Counted from the first letter of the stretch, positions 20,475 through 31,245 are shown. The stretch: DNA of 64,000 nt from Nitrospirota bacterium (GCA_963796285.1 CAWCKW010000012.1:1216001-1280000), one strand, 5' to 3'. Notes: generated by a model not told the origin, from the letters alone. A program made the numbers and translations.

Positions 20475-21726
20475 TTACTCGGGATAGGCAATCCCTCTCG
20501 GGATTTCAGCCTGTTCCTTCCGCACGGGCCAATACCACAGCGTTCCGTCGATCACCAGGAGAAATCCGGCCGCAATAAGCCAAAGATTGAACGACGTCAG
20601 GAGGCCGAAACCGAAATAGCTTATAATGCCGATTCCTATGCTCAGGAACGAAATACCAGTGCGGATAAAGGCCAGCCCGGTCCGGGCACGGGCGTAAATG
20701 GTGCGGTAACACGCGGCGATCGTCCGCTGGGCCGCCAGGACGTTTCGTTCGCGGGCGAACACGGTCCGCACTTTGCTCGAGGGCGACGGGTACAGATAGG
20801 TACTGTAGTCCGAAAGAAAATCTCCCATTCGGGCAAGCATCGTCCCTTGGGTTTCCCTCTTGATTCCCGTGTTTTCCAGAAAATGATAATTCTCAAGGAA
20901 TTGGATAGTTGTTGCGGTAACCTCCACCAGCGTCTGGTGGCCCGGAGGCGCCATTCGGGATTTTCGAACATTCAAATATTGTGGGAAGTCCATAAAAGAA
21001 AATGACAATCCCGACTGCCAGCACCGAGAAATACAAAAAGGGGGAACTGCTCGCGTTTTTCGTCTGGAGCAGGGTATTGGAGAGCGCAATCGTGCCCAAG
21101 CCCCATCTCAGGAAAGCAAGACCGGTACGGGCACCCGCGAGGTCGGTCCGGTAGCAGGCGAGCCTCGTCCTCCAGTGGGCCATGGTATTGCGCCAGTACG
21201 CAAGTCCCGTCCGTTCCGTGCCTATCAATAAACCCGGCTTGGCATGAAGATAGTCCTGAATAAACCACTGTATATCGAAATCAAGGGTGACCCGGTACTC
21301 ATATCGTTCGGCCTTGACGTATTTTTTTATATCTTCCTTCATGGTGGGACTATCGGGGTGTCTCGCCGCGATGACCACCGTGCCGGTGTCTTCTTTGATG
21401 ACAGGCATCCACTGGTTCGTTGAAAGCGCATCAGCGCTGAGACCGGTCAGAAGCTCGGGCGGTATGGGTAGACGTTCATCATATTCAATGAATGGGCATT
21501 GATAATAGGCGGCAAGCGCCTCAAGCAACCGGTATTTGGGCACACCATATTCCGCAAGCAGAATTTTTTCGAGGTCGATCCCCCGCGCCCGAGCGACGAA
21601 CGTCGCCCCGTCAAGCGTTTGTTGGTCTAAAATCCCGCGCTCAACGAGAAAGGAGAACTCCGGGCCTTTTCGCACGCCGGCATTGGTCAGATCATTATTA
21701 TTCATGTTTAAAAGTTCACGACTCAT
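20475..21726 (-). CDS. GspE/PilB N-terminal-like domain plus 2x DUF202 membrane repeats (frameshift near 20975)
   Basis: LAAYYQCPFIEYD...WMPVIKED..VVIAARHP; repeats RTRLACYRTDLAGARTGLAFLRWG and RTIAACYRTIYARARTGLAFIRTG. Joins ORFs 20893..21768 and 20475..21089. Confidence 0.75.
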
Positions 21727-23362
21727 CTTGACTAAAAACGACCGTTCCCCATTTGTTCGTCGGTACACCGTAATCGGGAAGGGTTATCTCCATATCACCG
21801 TAGCAATAGGGAAATTGCGCTCTCATTTTTTCAGTCGGAACGATCCAATAGTACCCATCGGCGATCAACGCAAGACCGACGAAGATCATCACCGCATTAA
21901 AGAGCGTCCAGCCGACCGATGCCGTGCCGAAGTACACCATGAGGCCCGCACCGACAGAGGTAATGCTCATGCCCGTCCGGACAAATGCCAGACCTGTTCG
22001 TGTCACAGCCATAACCGAGCGCAGCCTGGCCATCACGCATCGCCGGTCCGCGAGAACGGTCCGTTCAAGAGCAAGCCCGGTGGTGGCCCATATGCCCGGC
22101 AAGTGAGATGCGCGGACCGGAGGACCGGCCTTGTCCTGTTGGGGACCGGTACGATTGTGCCGGAGCGGAAAAACCTTGTCCCATATGCTTTCCTTATTGA
22201 CAGCGTCAATCACAGACTTAAGGCTTTCTATGCCGGACCGTCTGCCGCCGAAATACCAGTAGAATCCTTCCGCAGACATCAATAGCCCAGCGACGATGAG
22301 CGATATATCGAGAATCGTCCACTTGCCGGCGTGAAACTGCCGGAGCAATCCGACGCCTAGGCCGATGAAAGCAATTCCCGTCCGCGTAAAGGCAAGCCCC
22401 GTCCGGGCACGCGCCAGCTTCGTCCTGTGGCCCGCCAGAGAGGTCCGTTCCTCTGCCATGTCCGTCCTGTCGGAGGCGAGAAACCTTCGTCTCATGACCG
22501 GAGAAAGATACTCCCACCCTGCCCGAAGCGCTTCTGCGCCCTTGACTACACCGCTGCGGTTGAAAACGGGATGCCCTTCTGCGGACATCGACTCCTCCAG
22601 CACGCATGCGCCCCAGGAAGGCTCAGTGCAAATGGAATCGATCGGTTTTTTTGCTATCCTTCGCGCCGGGAAATACCATTTGAGTCCGTCATAGGACATG
22701 ATAATGCCGACGATAAGGAGCGGCGCCTCGAAGACGGTAAAAAGTCCTATACCGAACACTCTCAGGAACAAAAGGGCAATAACGATGAAGGACACGCCGG
22801 TCCTGATAAAGGCAAGACCGGTCCTTCCCTTGGCGAATAACGTCCTATAATGAGCATAGGTTGATCGCCGGTATGCGAAATAGGTCCTCACACGCGCAAG
22901 GGGCGTTCTTCCTCCTGAGAAGGAAAACGAGGGGTTTACATCGAAATTGTGCTCGATGATGCGGATGAGATCAGCGGGAAGGGCAACGATAAAATCAATA
23001 TGGCCAACTCCGAGGGTCTTTTTTATATCGTCGATTACCCGTGGATCGTCGGGGCGGCACGCAATCACTTCGGCCCGGTCCTCTCTGATCGATCGCGGAA
23101 ACCAGAGATGCTTTTTCAGCTTCTCCATGTCCAAACGGATGATCAGGAGATAGGCAGTTATAACGCTTTCATCATATTCTACGAAGGGCAGCCCGTAGTA
23201 TTCGGACAGGCAGAAAAGGAGCTCGTGCTTGGGAACCCCGTTCTCTATCAGCTTCTCTTCAAGCAGGGAACCCGATGTTGCGGATTCACGAATGAGCCGA
23301 TCCAGCTCATCGCCGGAGAGAATGCCTCTTTTTATCAGCCTTTCAAATTTTTTGCGTTCCAT
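21716..23362 (-). CDS. GspE/PilB N-terminal-like domain plus 3x DUF202 membrane repeats
   Basis: LSEYYGLPFVEYD...WFPRSIREDRAEVIACRPDD; three RTGLAF(I/T/V)RTG repeats, each followed by two TM helices. Confidence 0.8.
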   Translation of the reverse strand: MERKKFERLIKRGILSGDELDRLIRESATSGSLLEEKLIENGVPKHELLFCLSEYYGLPFVEYDESVITAYLLIIRLDMEKLKKHLWFPRSIREDRAEVIACRPDDPRVIDDIKKTLGVGHIDFIVALPADLIRIIEHNFDVNPSFSFSGGRTPLARVRTYFAYRRSTYAHYRTLFAKGRTGLAFIRTGVSFIVIALLFLRVFGIGLFTVFEAPLLIVGIIMSYDGLKWYFPARRIAKKPIDSICTEPSWGACVLEESMSAEGHPVFNRSGVVKGAEALRAGWEYLSPVMRRRFLASDRTDMAEERTSLAGHRTKLARARTGLAFTRTGIAFIGLGVGLLRQFHAGKWTILDISLIVAGLLMSAEGFYWYFGGRRSGIESLKSVIDAVNKESIWDKVFPLRHNRTGPQQDKAGPPVRASHLPGIWATTGLALERTVLADRRCVMARLRSVMAVTRTGLAFVRTGMSITSVGAGLMVYFGTASVGWTLFNAVMIFVGLALIADGYYWIVPTEKMRAQFPYCYGDMEITLPDYGVPTNKWGTVVFSQDES

Positions 23363-23603
23363 AGGGTTATCATACCATGCGGAGGGAAACAGCCTGACGG
23401 GAACAGCATTTACATGACCGGGTTCAAGAGCAAAAAGTGATGGAGGCGTTTTACGCCTCCATCACAAGCACAACACGGGGATATATGACAAAACGTCTCA
23501 TTCATCTTCCGGCAATTTATGCTTCGAGTTTTTCCTCGTGATGGACCTTCATCCTTTTGATCCACTGTTCCCTTCCCTGCGTTTCTCCAAATATCCGTGC
23601 GGA

Positions 23604-23786
23604 TCAAACTTTTGCTTTTTCTTTTCGGTCCTGCTCAATATTGCCGGGTTTGTCTTGCAAGCCCTCTTTAAATCCCCGGATCGCTTTTCCAAGACCTTCC
23701 CCGAGCGCGGGAAGCCTGTTGGGCCCGAAGATCACAAGGGCAATGATCAGAATGACCACCATTTCGGGAAATCCAAGTCCACCCAT
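23604..23786 (-). CDS. tatA: Twin-arginine translocase TatA/E subunit
   Basis: MGGLGFPEMVVILIIALVIFGPNRLPALGEGLGKAIRGFK. Confidence 0.9.
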   Translation of the reverse strand: MGGLGFPEMVVILIIALVIFGPNRLPALGEGLGKAIRGFKEGLQDKPGNIEQDRKEKAKV

Positions 23787-23860
23787 CTTTTTCTCCTTTT
23801 CATACGGAAATAAACGACGTGGTGGATTTTACACTAATCCGCTCCGCGCTTCAAGCGTTT

Positions 23861-24283
23861 TTATACATTCACTACGTACACGGGACAGGGCGCCAGGTTA
23901 ATGACCTTTTCGACAATATGGTCCCCGAACAGCCTGCTCAAGATGCCCTTTTTCTTTTTCGACCCCATGATGATGAGGTCGCACCGTTCCTCTTCCGCTA
24001 CCTCAACGATCCTCTGCGAGACATCACCCTGTTCCAGTCTCGTCTTGATCAGCGCGCCTTCGGCCTTCGCCATTTCGCCAATCTCTGAAACAGCCTTTGC
24101 CCCGCCGTCATCCAGGACATCATTGAGGTTCTTGATCCCGGTCAGGTCGAGATCGCCGTCGAACGGACGGAGGACCTTCACGACCGTGATCCAGGTCTTT
24201 TCATCCTTGGCCAGTTTGATCCCCTGTTCGAGAACTTCTTTGTGCCCATTCAAGGCAATAAGGATTTTTCTATACCCTTTCAT
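23861..24283 (-). CDS. Universal stress protein (single domain)
   Basis: YRKILIAL...DLIIMGS...APCPVYVV. True start taken as MKGYRK; the ORF-track extension is repeat-derived. Confidence 0.88.
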   Translation of the reverse strand: MKGYRKILIALNGHKEVLEQGIKLAKDEKTWITVVKVLRPFDGDLDLTGIKNLNDVLDDGGAKAVSEIGEMAKAEGALIKTRLEQGDVSQRIVEVAEEERCDLIIMGSKKKKGILSRLFGDHIVEKVINLAPCPVYVVNV

Positions 24284-24303
24284 GTCGCTACGCTCCATTG
24301 ATA

Positions 24304-24399
24304 ATTGAAAATTGGAAATTATAAATTTGAGATTGAAAATTGAGAGATGCATTTGAGATAATTTTACATTTTCCAATTTCCATTCTTCAATTTCCAATT
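24304..24399. repeat. Degenerate heptamer-period inverted repeat
   Basis: attgaaaattggaaatt...attgaaaattg versus ttttccaatttccattcttcaatttccaatt. Confidence 0.6.
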
Positions 24400-24422
24400 C
24401 GACAGCTCCTCTGTCGCACGCA

Positions 24423-25289
24423 CTACCTTACTATCAGTATCGGACGGGCGGCGCTGGCTATGATCCGCTCTGCCGTGCTGCCCATGATCGCCTTGTTCAT
24501 GCCGCGCCAGCCGTGGGTCCCCATGATGATCAGATCGTTCTTGAACTTGTCGGCGATCTCCACGATCTTCTCGCTCGCGTGGCCTTCCTGGACCACTGCC
24601 TTGATCTGCACTCCCTGTTCAGCGGCCAACTTCTTCGCGGCATCGGCGATCTTTTCGGCCTCCTGGAACAGGCTCTTGGTGATGGACTCGGTCTTGTAAA
24701 AGTCCACCATCTCCTCGTAGCGCGGGATCACGTAGAGGACGGTTATCTCGCCTCCATCGAGCTTTGACAGTTCGCAGGCGCGCATCAGCGCTTTTTTACT
24801 GGAGTCTGACCCGTCAAACGGGACCAGAAGGGAGCTGTATGTTCCCGTGCATCTGGTGCACTCCTTGTTCACCACCAGCACATCGCAGGGCGAGTTCAGG
24901 ATGACCTGCGAAGTCACACTGCCCATGAGCAGCCGCTTGAGCCCTTTTCTGCCGTAGGTGCCCAGGGCGATCAGGTCTGCCTTGTTGGTTTCAGCCGTTT
25001 CAACGATGACCTCGGGCGGCTCGCCCTCGCAGATCATCGACTCAACACTGCCGTTCAGTCCGAACTCATCATGAGATCTTCTTTTTTGCATCAAGGCAGA
25101 CGGCATGTGCCGAACTCGAACCGCTTTTCCATCTGCGATGGCAGGATGGCGAACTCTTCCTGGTCGAAATATACCGCATGGATCAGGAAGAGTCTTCCCC
25201 CCGTGCACTTTCACCCATCGGGAAGCCTCTTTCAGCGCGGCCTTGCTCGATAGCGACTCGTCATAGCCTACAACAATGGAGTTATACAT
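24423..25289 (-). CDS. Tandem universal stress protein (compensating frameshifts)
   Basis: DLIALGTYGRKGLKRLLMGSVT and DLIIMGTHGWRG...GSTAERII. Confidence 0.9.
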   Translation of the reverse strand: MYNSIVVGYDESLSSKAALKEASRWVKVHGGKTLPDPCGIFRPGRVRHPAIADGKAVRVRHMPSALMQKRRSHDEFGLNGSVESMICEGEPPEVIVETAETNKADLIALGTYGRKGLKRLLMGSVTSQVILNSPCDVLVVNKECTRCTGTYSSLLVPFDGSDSSKKALMRACELSKLDGGEITVLYVIPRYEEMVDFYKTESITKSLFQEAEKIADAAKKLAAEQGVQIKAVVQEGHASEKIVEIADKFKNDLIIMGTHGWRGMNKAIMGSTAERIIASAARPILIVR

Positions 25290-26096
25290 CAGTGAGAGCC
25301 TCCGCCTTTTTTGAACACCATGCTTACGCCGAAACCCGCGCCAAGCGCGACCCCGATGGAGAGAAAACCGTAGATCGCCGGGCTGTTCTTTGCCATGGTT
25401 GCCAGGGTCTTGACCATGCCGACCTGCTCAACGTTGACCTTTGACTGGGCCTGTTCCACGACCTTATTGTCCTTCACGGCATAGACCGAGACAAGGTAAT
25501 CTCCCGGCTGGGCCTGGTAGGGCCAATCGGTGAGGATGATAGTATTCCTGTTGTCCTTCGGCGTTCATGGTCGTCTCGATCTTCCCGGATGACGTCGTGT
25601 ATACTTTGGACGATTCCTTGTACTTGACGAACTCATCGAACCATTTCGCCTTCTCTTCCTCGTTCGCGACCGGGGTTATCTCCACATGTTTCGCAAGCGC
25701 GGGATAGCCGATCACATACTTCTCCATCTCTTCACGGCTCAGGATGTCTTCCACCTTCTTCGTGCTGAAGACCTCGTAGAAGTTGGGGGTCTGCTCGAAC
25801 TTCAGCTGGCCCACATTCATCCAGAGCACTCCCCCGACCTTGCCCTTCTGCTTCAATACCTGGTGCCCTTCGGGCGACGTTATCTTGATGATCAGGTCCG
25901 CGCCGGGATCCGATATGCCCCGCACGCTCACGGTGCTGCCGTGATAAAAAAAGTCGATGGTGATATGGTCGTGATTCGCCTTGGCAGTGAGCATCGCAAA
26001 AGCGTTATTGGAAATTGCAAATTGGAAAATGCAAATTGCAAAGGTGAAAGCGAGAAAAATATTGAACTTTGAACTTTGAACTTTGAACTTTTTCAT
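25289..26096 (-). CDS. TIGR02186-like exported/membrane partner of TSUP exporters (frameshift near 25540)
   Basis: Signal peptide, then ITIDFFYHGSTVSVRG, KGKVGGVLWMN and PNFYEV; C-terminal TM PAIYGFLSIGVALGAG. Confidence 0.75.
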
Positions 26097-26098
26097 TA

Positions 26099-27026
26099 TT
26101 AATGTCCTCCGACCTGGCTGAGAAGTAATGACGGGGTCAACGTGACCTCGAAAACGATCTTGACGGTCACGACGAGCACGATCACCGCGAGAAGGATCTT
26201 GAGCTGCTCGGCCTTGAGCTTCCTGCCGAACACGGCGCCGATCTGCGCCCCAACGGTCGAACCCAGGAGCAGGAGCACGGCGAGCAGGAAGTCCACGCTG
26301 TGATTGGTGTATGCCTGGAGGAACGTGACCTCGATGCAGGTGAACAGGATCTGGAACAGGCTCGTTCCGACCACCACGTGCATCGGCATCCTGAGCATGT
26401 ACACCATGATCGGCACCATCAGGAACCCGCCGCCCACGCCCATGATGGCGGCAAGAATGCCGACAAACCCGCCAAGTACGATCGGGACGAACACGGAATG
26501 GGTGATGCCCGACTTCTCGAAGCGGGTCTGGAGCGGCAGGGACTTCAGGAACCTGCCCATTGCCGACTCCTTTTCTTCCTTCGCTTCTTCTCCCGGCCGC
26601 ATTCTTTTTCTTCCTCATGCTCTGGAGGCTCTCGATGAACATGTAGACGCCGACGATGCCGAGCATGAGGATATAGGTAATCTTGATCACGAAATCGGCA
26701 TTGCCCATGGCATGGAGCAGCTTGATTGCCTGGACGCCGACGATGCCGCCGATAAATCCGCCGACAAGGAGATACAGTCCCATCTTGAAGTCCACGTTGC
26801 CGACCTTCCAGTGGGCATAGGTGCCGGACGTGGATGCCGCCACGATCTGGTTGGAATCAGTTGCCGCGGCAACCGTCGACGGGATGCCGAACATGATGAG
26901 AAGCGGCGTCAAAAGAAATCCGCCGCCTACGCCGAAGAGACCGGAAAGCAGTCCCACGGCCAGCCCGAGCCCCACGGGGATCAGGATGTTGATGCTGGTC
27001 AATGCTACAGGTAGATACAGGTACAT
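26099..27026 (-). CDS. Sulfite exporter TauE/SafE family protein (frameshift near 26595)
   Basis: MYLYLPVA...SGLFGVGGGFLLTPLL and AAIMGVGGGFLMVP...VVGTSLFQ. Confidence 0.9.
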
Positions 27027-27124
27027 TACTGGCACTCCTTTTCATTTATTATTTTTTACGCAACGTTCACGGAGGTTTAAAGCTTGACTCATTAACCTTT
27101 AACTTTTATTGTTTGAATGTTTTT

Positions 27125-27622
27125 TTAAGCAACTGCACAGGCCTGCCTGGTCATTGTCACGATCGGACGCGATGCAGTGCGTACAAGCCGGTTCAGGTCC
27201 TTGGAAGTAACATTACCCGCTTCGGTGATCGCGGGACTCAACACGACTTTATCGATGCCGGTATGCTCCTTGAGGAATTTTCGAATGCCTGATATCGCAT
27301 CCAAGCCCATGGAATGGACCTGCACCTGAATGCCTTCCTGGAAACATTTTTTCACAACAGTGTTGAGCTCCTTTTCGAAGACCTCCTGCCTGCCCTGAGA
27401 GCCCTCGGTCATGATCTGTTGCGCCGTGTCGTGCTCGCCTGCTTCGGCAAAACTGACTGCCGTCATGAGGTTTTCGAACTTGGCCATCAGGCGGCTCTGC
27501 TTATGGACGAACAGGAGCGTGATGTCCTCATACATAGCCTTTGCAAGCTCGATGGCGTACGAAACCCCTTCTTCCAGATTTTCATCCCTATAGGTGACGA
27601 ACAACAATTGTCTCTTTCCCAT
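27125..27622 (-). CDS. Hypothetical USP-like protein with an internal FAEAGE motif
   Basis: GVSYAIELAKAM...ITLLFV, AVSFAEAGEHDTAQQIM and a C-terminal RPIVTM; GGAGG RBS. Confidence 0.75.
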   Translation of the reverse strand: MGKRQLLFVTYRDENLEEGVSYAIELAKAMYEDITLLFVHKQSRLMAKFENLMTAVSFAEAGEHDTAQQIMTEGSQGRQEVFEKELNTVVKKCFQEGIQVQVHSMGLDAISGIRKFLKEHTGIDKVVLSPAITEAGNVTSKDLNRLVRTASRPIVTMTRQACAVA

Positions 27623-27665
27623 TCTAAAACCCTCCTTCGTATGTGCACTGTGTTGCTTACTATAA

Positions 27666-27681
27666 TGCAACCACAGTGCCA
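27666..27681 (-). promoter_or_regulatory. sigma54 promoter
   Basis: Minus strand TGGCACTGTGGTTGCA is a perfect -24/-12 match, about 45 bp upstream of the ATG at 27622. Confidence 0.88.
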
Positions 27682-28042
27682 TTACGGATGTTATTGTTTT
27701 GTTAGAGTTTTGTTGATTTTAACGAAAATCTATGCGTTTCAGATATGAACGGTGGCGAACAGTATGCTACGAACCAGGGTTGGAAATTAGGAGAGGAGCG
27801 ATGATATAGAGTTTTGTTTTCAGGCCTTAAATCAAGGAAGTCTATTTTTTTAGAGAAAATTTATATGAAGTGGATGTATGCGGAGATGTGTTTAAATATG
27901 GAACGCGTCAGGGATGCTAGCAGACTATTGAAGAATTAAGAGTTGGGGTGGGGGGCTTCACAGCACCTCTCTCTGATGACTGTTTAAACGGGCAGCGCGT
28001 GCTCCCGGCAGTCCTCCTGTTGATGCGCATTAACCTTGGTTG

Positions 28043-29617
28043 TTAGAGAGATGACAGAACAGCCTCCACCGCCCTTATCGCATCGGCAGCGGAACTCGTT
28101 ATCCCACCTGTATAGCCGGAACCTTCACCTATGGGATAAAGGTTCTTGATGTTCACTGATTCAAATTTTTTGCTGCGCGTGATCCTGAGAGGAGCCGACG
28201 TTCTTGTTTCAGCACCCATCAATATGGCATGAGGGGAAACAAATGACGGATACGTCTTTTCCCAGGTCGTAAAGGCCGCCACGAGCGCATCGTTGACAAA
28301 CGCGGGAAACATCTCATGCAGATCCGCCGCAACTGTTCCCGTGGCACACGAATTTTTATTTAAACTGCCCGAGACCTTCCTGCTCAAAAAATCCTGCAAA
28401 TTCTGAGCAGGGACCTCCCATTTCCCTCCTCCTGCATGAAATGCCTTTCGCTCGATATCCTTTTGGAACTCGACCCCGGCCAGGGGATGGGCTGAGCAAT
28501 AATCACCGGTTTGGCAGGTTACCACGATGGCCGCATTAGAAAATTTCGACGACCTGCTGGAGTAGCTCATGCCGTTTACGACCAGCATGCCGTGTTCGGA
28601 GGAAGCGTTCATCACCTCGCCGCCCGGACACATGCAGAAGGTATACACGCCCCTTCGTATTTTTCGATCAGTGTAGTTCAGAGAATACGTGGCAGCTCCG
28701 ATGCCGGAGAAGTCCCTATATTTTGCGCCATATCGCATGAGATTGATGATCTCCACCGGGTGCTCCACTCTCACCCCGACGGAGATCGGCTTTTGCTCAA
28801 GGATAATGCCTTTTTTATAGAGCATCTCAAAGGTATCGCGCGCGGAATGTCCCACGGCAAGATAGATGCTTGAGCACTGATATTCCTTTTCTCCGTTTAC
28901 GACGACGCCGACGACCGCATTGTCCGACAGAAGCATGTCCGTCATTTTTGAGCTGTAATGTATCTCGCCACCCTGTTCGAGGACATAGTTCCTTATATTG
29001 CGGACGATCTTGCACAGCACGTCCGTTCCCAGATGGGGCTTGCTGACATACCCTATTTCTTCAGGCGCGCCGAATTTAATGAACGTATCCAGCACCTTGT
29101 TGATATATTCCGTGTTCATTTTCCGGGAAAACAGCTTCCCGTCGGAATATGAACCCGCGCCGCCTTCGCCGAACTGGATATTCGATTCCGGGTCAAGCAC
29201 CTTTTCTTTCACGAATTTTTGAACATCAATGGTCCGCTCTTCCAGCTTTTTACCCCGTTCGAATATGATCGGTTTGAGCCCATAGGCAATAAGCTCAAGA
29301 GCGGCGAACATGCCGGCAGGACCGAAACCTATGACGACCGGCCTCTCTGCGCTGTTTTTTGATTCTCTTGCTTTGGCTATTTTCTCGGTGTATACAGGAA
29401 GGTTTTCTTTGTTTTCAAAGCTGTCGGAGGTATTGACCACGAGCGATATTTCGTAGGTGAACTGCTCTTGATTGCCGGCATCAAGCGATTTGCTCAGCAT
29501 TTTGATGATGTGGATGGCTGTTTCAGGAACGTTCAATTTTTGCGCAGCTGCCTTTAGATAGCCATCCCTCCCGTCTTTTTCAACGGGTATGCGCAAATTG
29601 TTCAGTATTAAATTCAA
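28043..29617 (-). CDS. Uncharacterised FAD-dependent oxidoreductase (COG2509-like)
   Basis: VIGFGPAGMFAA, QFGEGGAGSYSDGKL, PHLGTD, YTFCMCPGG and GEGSGYTGGITSSA. Confidence 0.88.
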   Translation of the reverse strand: MNLILNNLRIPVEKDGRDGYLKAAAQKLNVPETAIHIIKMLSKSLDAGNQEQFTYEISLVVNTSDSFENKENLPVYTEKIAKARESKNSAERPVVIGFGPAGMFAALELIAYGLKPIIFERGKKLEERTIDVQKFVKEKVLDPESNIQFGEGGAGSYSDGKLFSRKMNTEYINKVLDTFIKFGAPEEIGYVSKPHLGTDVLCKIVRNIRNYVLEQGGEIHYSSKMTDMLLSDNAVVGVVVNGEKEYQCSSIYLAVGHSARDTFEMLYKKGIILEQKPISVGVRVEHPVEIINLMRYGAKYRDFSGIGAATYSLNYTDRKIRRGVYTFCMCPGGEVMNASSEHGMLVVNGMSYSSRSSKFSNAAIVVTCQTGDYCSAHPLAGVEFQKDIERKAFHAGGGKWEVPAQNLQDFLSRKVSGSLNKNSCATGTVAADLHEMFPAFVNDALVAAFTTWEKTYPSFVSPHAILMGAETRTSAPLRITRSKKFESVNIKNLYPIGEGSGYTGGITSSAADAIRAVEAVLSSL

Positions 29618-29670
29618 GAATCCCCGTTTCCTTCATCATTCCCAGAGCCTTGACAACGCTCCGATGCGGA

Positions 29671-31002
29671 CTATTCTGATTTCAAAATCCTCCACAAGCT
29701 TGTCCGCGAGATTCCCAGGACCTCCGCGGCTTTTGACTTGTTGTCACCATACATTTCGAGTATCTTCTCTGCATAATCTTTATTGAGTTCCTCGATAGTC
29801 CTGACCTTGTCCGGCTCGATCGTTTCTATCTGGAACATCTTGATGTTCTGGGGCAGGCTGGCCGGCGTTATCACGTCACCCTTCTCGAGGATGATCGCCC
29901 TTTCCACGATGTTCTCCAGTTCCCGCACATTGCCCGGGTAACTGTAATGCATGAGTACTTCGAGCGCATCTTTCGTGAAACCCGTGATCTTCTTGCGGGA
30001 ACTGAGGACATGCTTTTCCAGGAAATAGGAGCAGAGCGGCAGGATGTCGTCCCGGCGGTCACGGAGCGGAGAGATGGAGATCTCCATGATGTTCAGCCGG
30101 TAGTACAGGTCCTCCCGGAAGCGTCCCTCGGCAATGATGGACCGTACGTTCTGATTGGTGGCCGCGATGAAACGAACGTCGACCTTGACCGGCTTGATTC
30201 CGCCCACGCGGTAGAACTCCCCTTCTTCAATCACCTTGAGCAGCTTGGCCTGGAGACCAGAGGCCATTTCGGCTATCTCGTCCAGAAACAGCGTGCCCGT
30301 GTCGGCAATCTCGACGAGCCCCTGCTTGGTCTTGACCGCACCGGTAAAGGCACCCTTTTCGTGGCCGAAGAGCTCGCTCGCAAGCAGTTCCTCGGTCAGC
30401 GTAGCGCAATTGATGGAAAGAAACGGCATGCCCTGCCGCCGGCTCGTGAAATGGATGATCTTTGCCAGGAGGCTCTTACCCACACCCGTTTCACCGGTCA
30501 AGAGCACGTTGCAGTCCGAGTCTTTCATCCCCTCGATCGTGCCGAGGATGTTGCTCATGCTTGCGCTCCTGGCGATGATCGAGACCTTTTTGTCCATGCC
30601 CGCATAGGCCTTCAGTGCGATATTCTCCTTCTTCAGGATCTTCTGATCGCGGATTTTATTAACCTTCAGGACCAGTTCGTCCAGGTCGAAAGGCTTGGTA
30701 ACATACTCGATGGCGCCCTTTTTCATAGCCTCGATCGCAGAACCGATGCTGCCGAAGCCCGTGATGATGATCACCTCGACCTCGATCTGTTTCACTTTGA
30801 TCTTTTCGAGCAGTTCAATGCCCGTGAGCCCCGGCATCTTAATGTCCGCGATCAAGAGGTCAAAGGAATCCGACTCGATCTTCGCGAGGGCATCGAGCCC
30901 GTTCAGTGTACTCGTGACCAAGTAACCTTCAGCCTTGAGCGTGTTCACGAGGTGCTTTACGGTAATCTCTTCGTCTTCCGCGATAAGTATTTTGAATGCC
31001 AT
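29671..31002 (-). CDS. sigma54-dependent response regulator
   Basis: REC domain, GETGVGKS, SELFGHEKGAFTGA and HTH. Confidence 0.95.
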   Translation of the reverse strand: MAFKILIAEDEEITVKHLVNTLKAEGYLVTSTLNGLDALAKIESDSFDLLIADIKMPGLTGIELLEKIKVKQIEVEVIIITGFGSIGSAIEAMKKGAIEYVTKPFDLDELVLKVNKIRDQKILKKENIALKAYAGMDKKVSIIARSASMSNILGTIEGMKDSDCNVLLTGETGVGKSLLAKIIHFTSRRQGMPFLSINCATLTEELLASELFGHEKGAFTGAVKTKQGLVEIADTGTLFLDEIAEMASGLQAKLLKVIEEGEFYRVGGIKPVKVDVRFIAATNQNVRSIIAEGRFREDLYYRLNIMEISISPLRDRRDDILPLCSYFLEKHVLSSRKKITGFTKDALEVLMHYSYPGNVRELENIVERAIILEKGDVITPASLPQNIKMFQIETIEPDKVRTIEELNKDYAEKILEMYGDNKSKAAEVLGISRTSLWRILKSE

Positions 31003-31245
31003 GGCGCTCCTTTTGCCTCTCTTGTCGTAATGAAGTAATGCAATATTTTACCACAGAGCACTCAGAGAATACATTTAACTTCTAAATCGAATTTAACCAG
31101 GCGCAGAGAACGCAGAGGAGAATATTGATAAATCATTAGCGAATTTCTCGGCGTCTCTGTTTATGGCCGCGCCTTCGTAGCCTGCTGTTGCCATATCGCG
31201 GCCACAGGCAAGAGCAGGCTATGTCTGCGCGGCAGCTTATGACTT

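Noticed and set aside
20475-23362. Type II secretion / type IV pilus ATPases
   Set aside because: Only the N-terminal domain is present; there are no Walker motifs and no other secretion genes.
25464-27035. 523-aa TauE-TIGR02186 fusion shown in the ORF track
   Set aside because: A frameshift near 26595 creates it; the true TauE C-terminus is in ORF 26099..26602 with its own stop.
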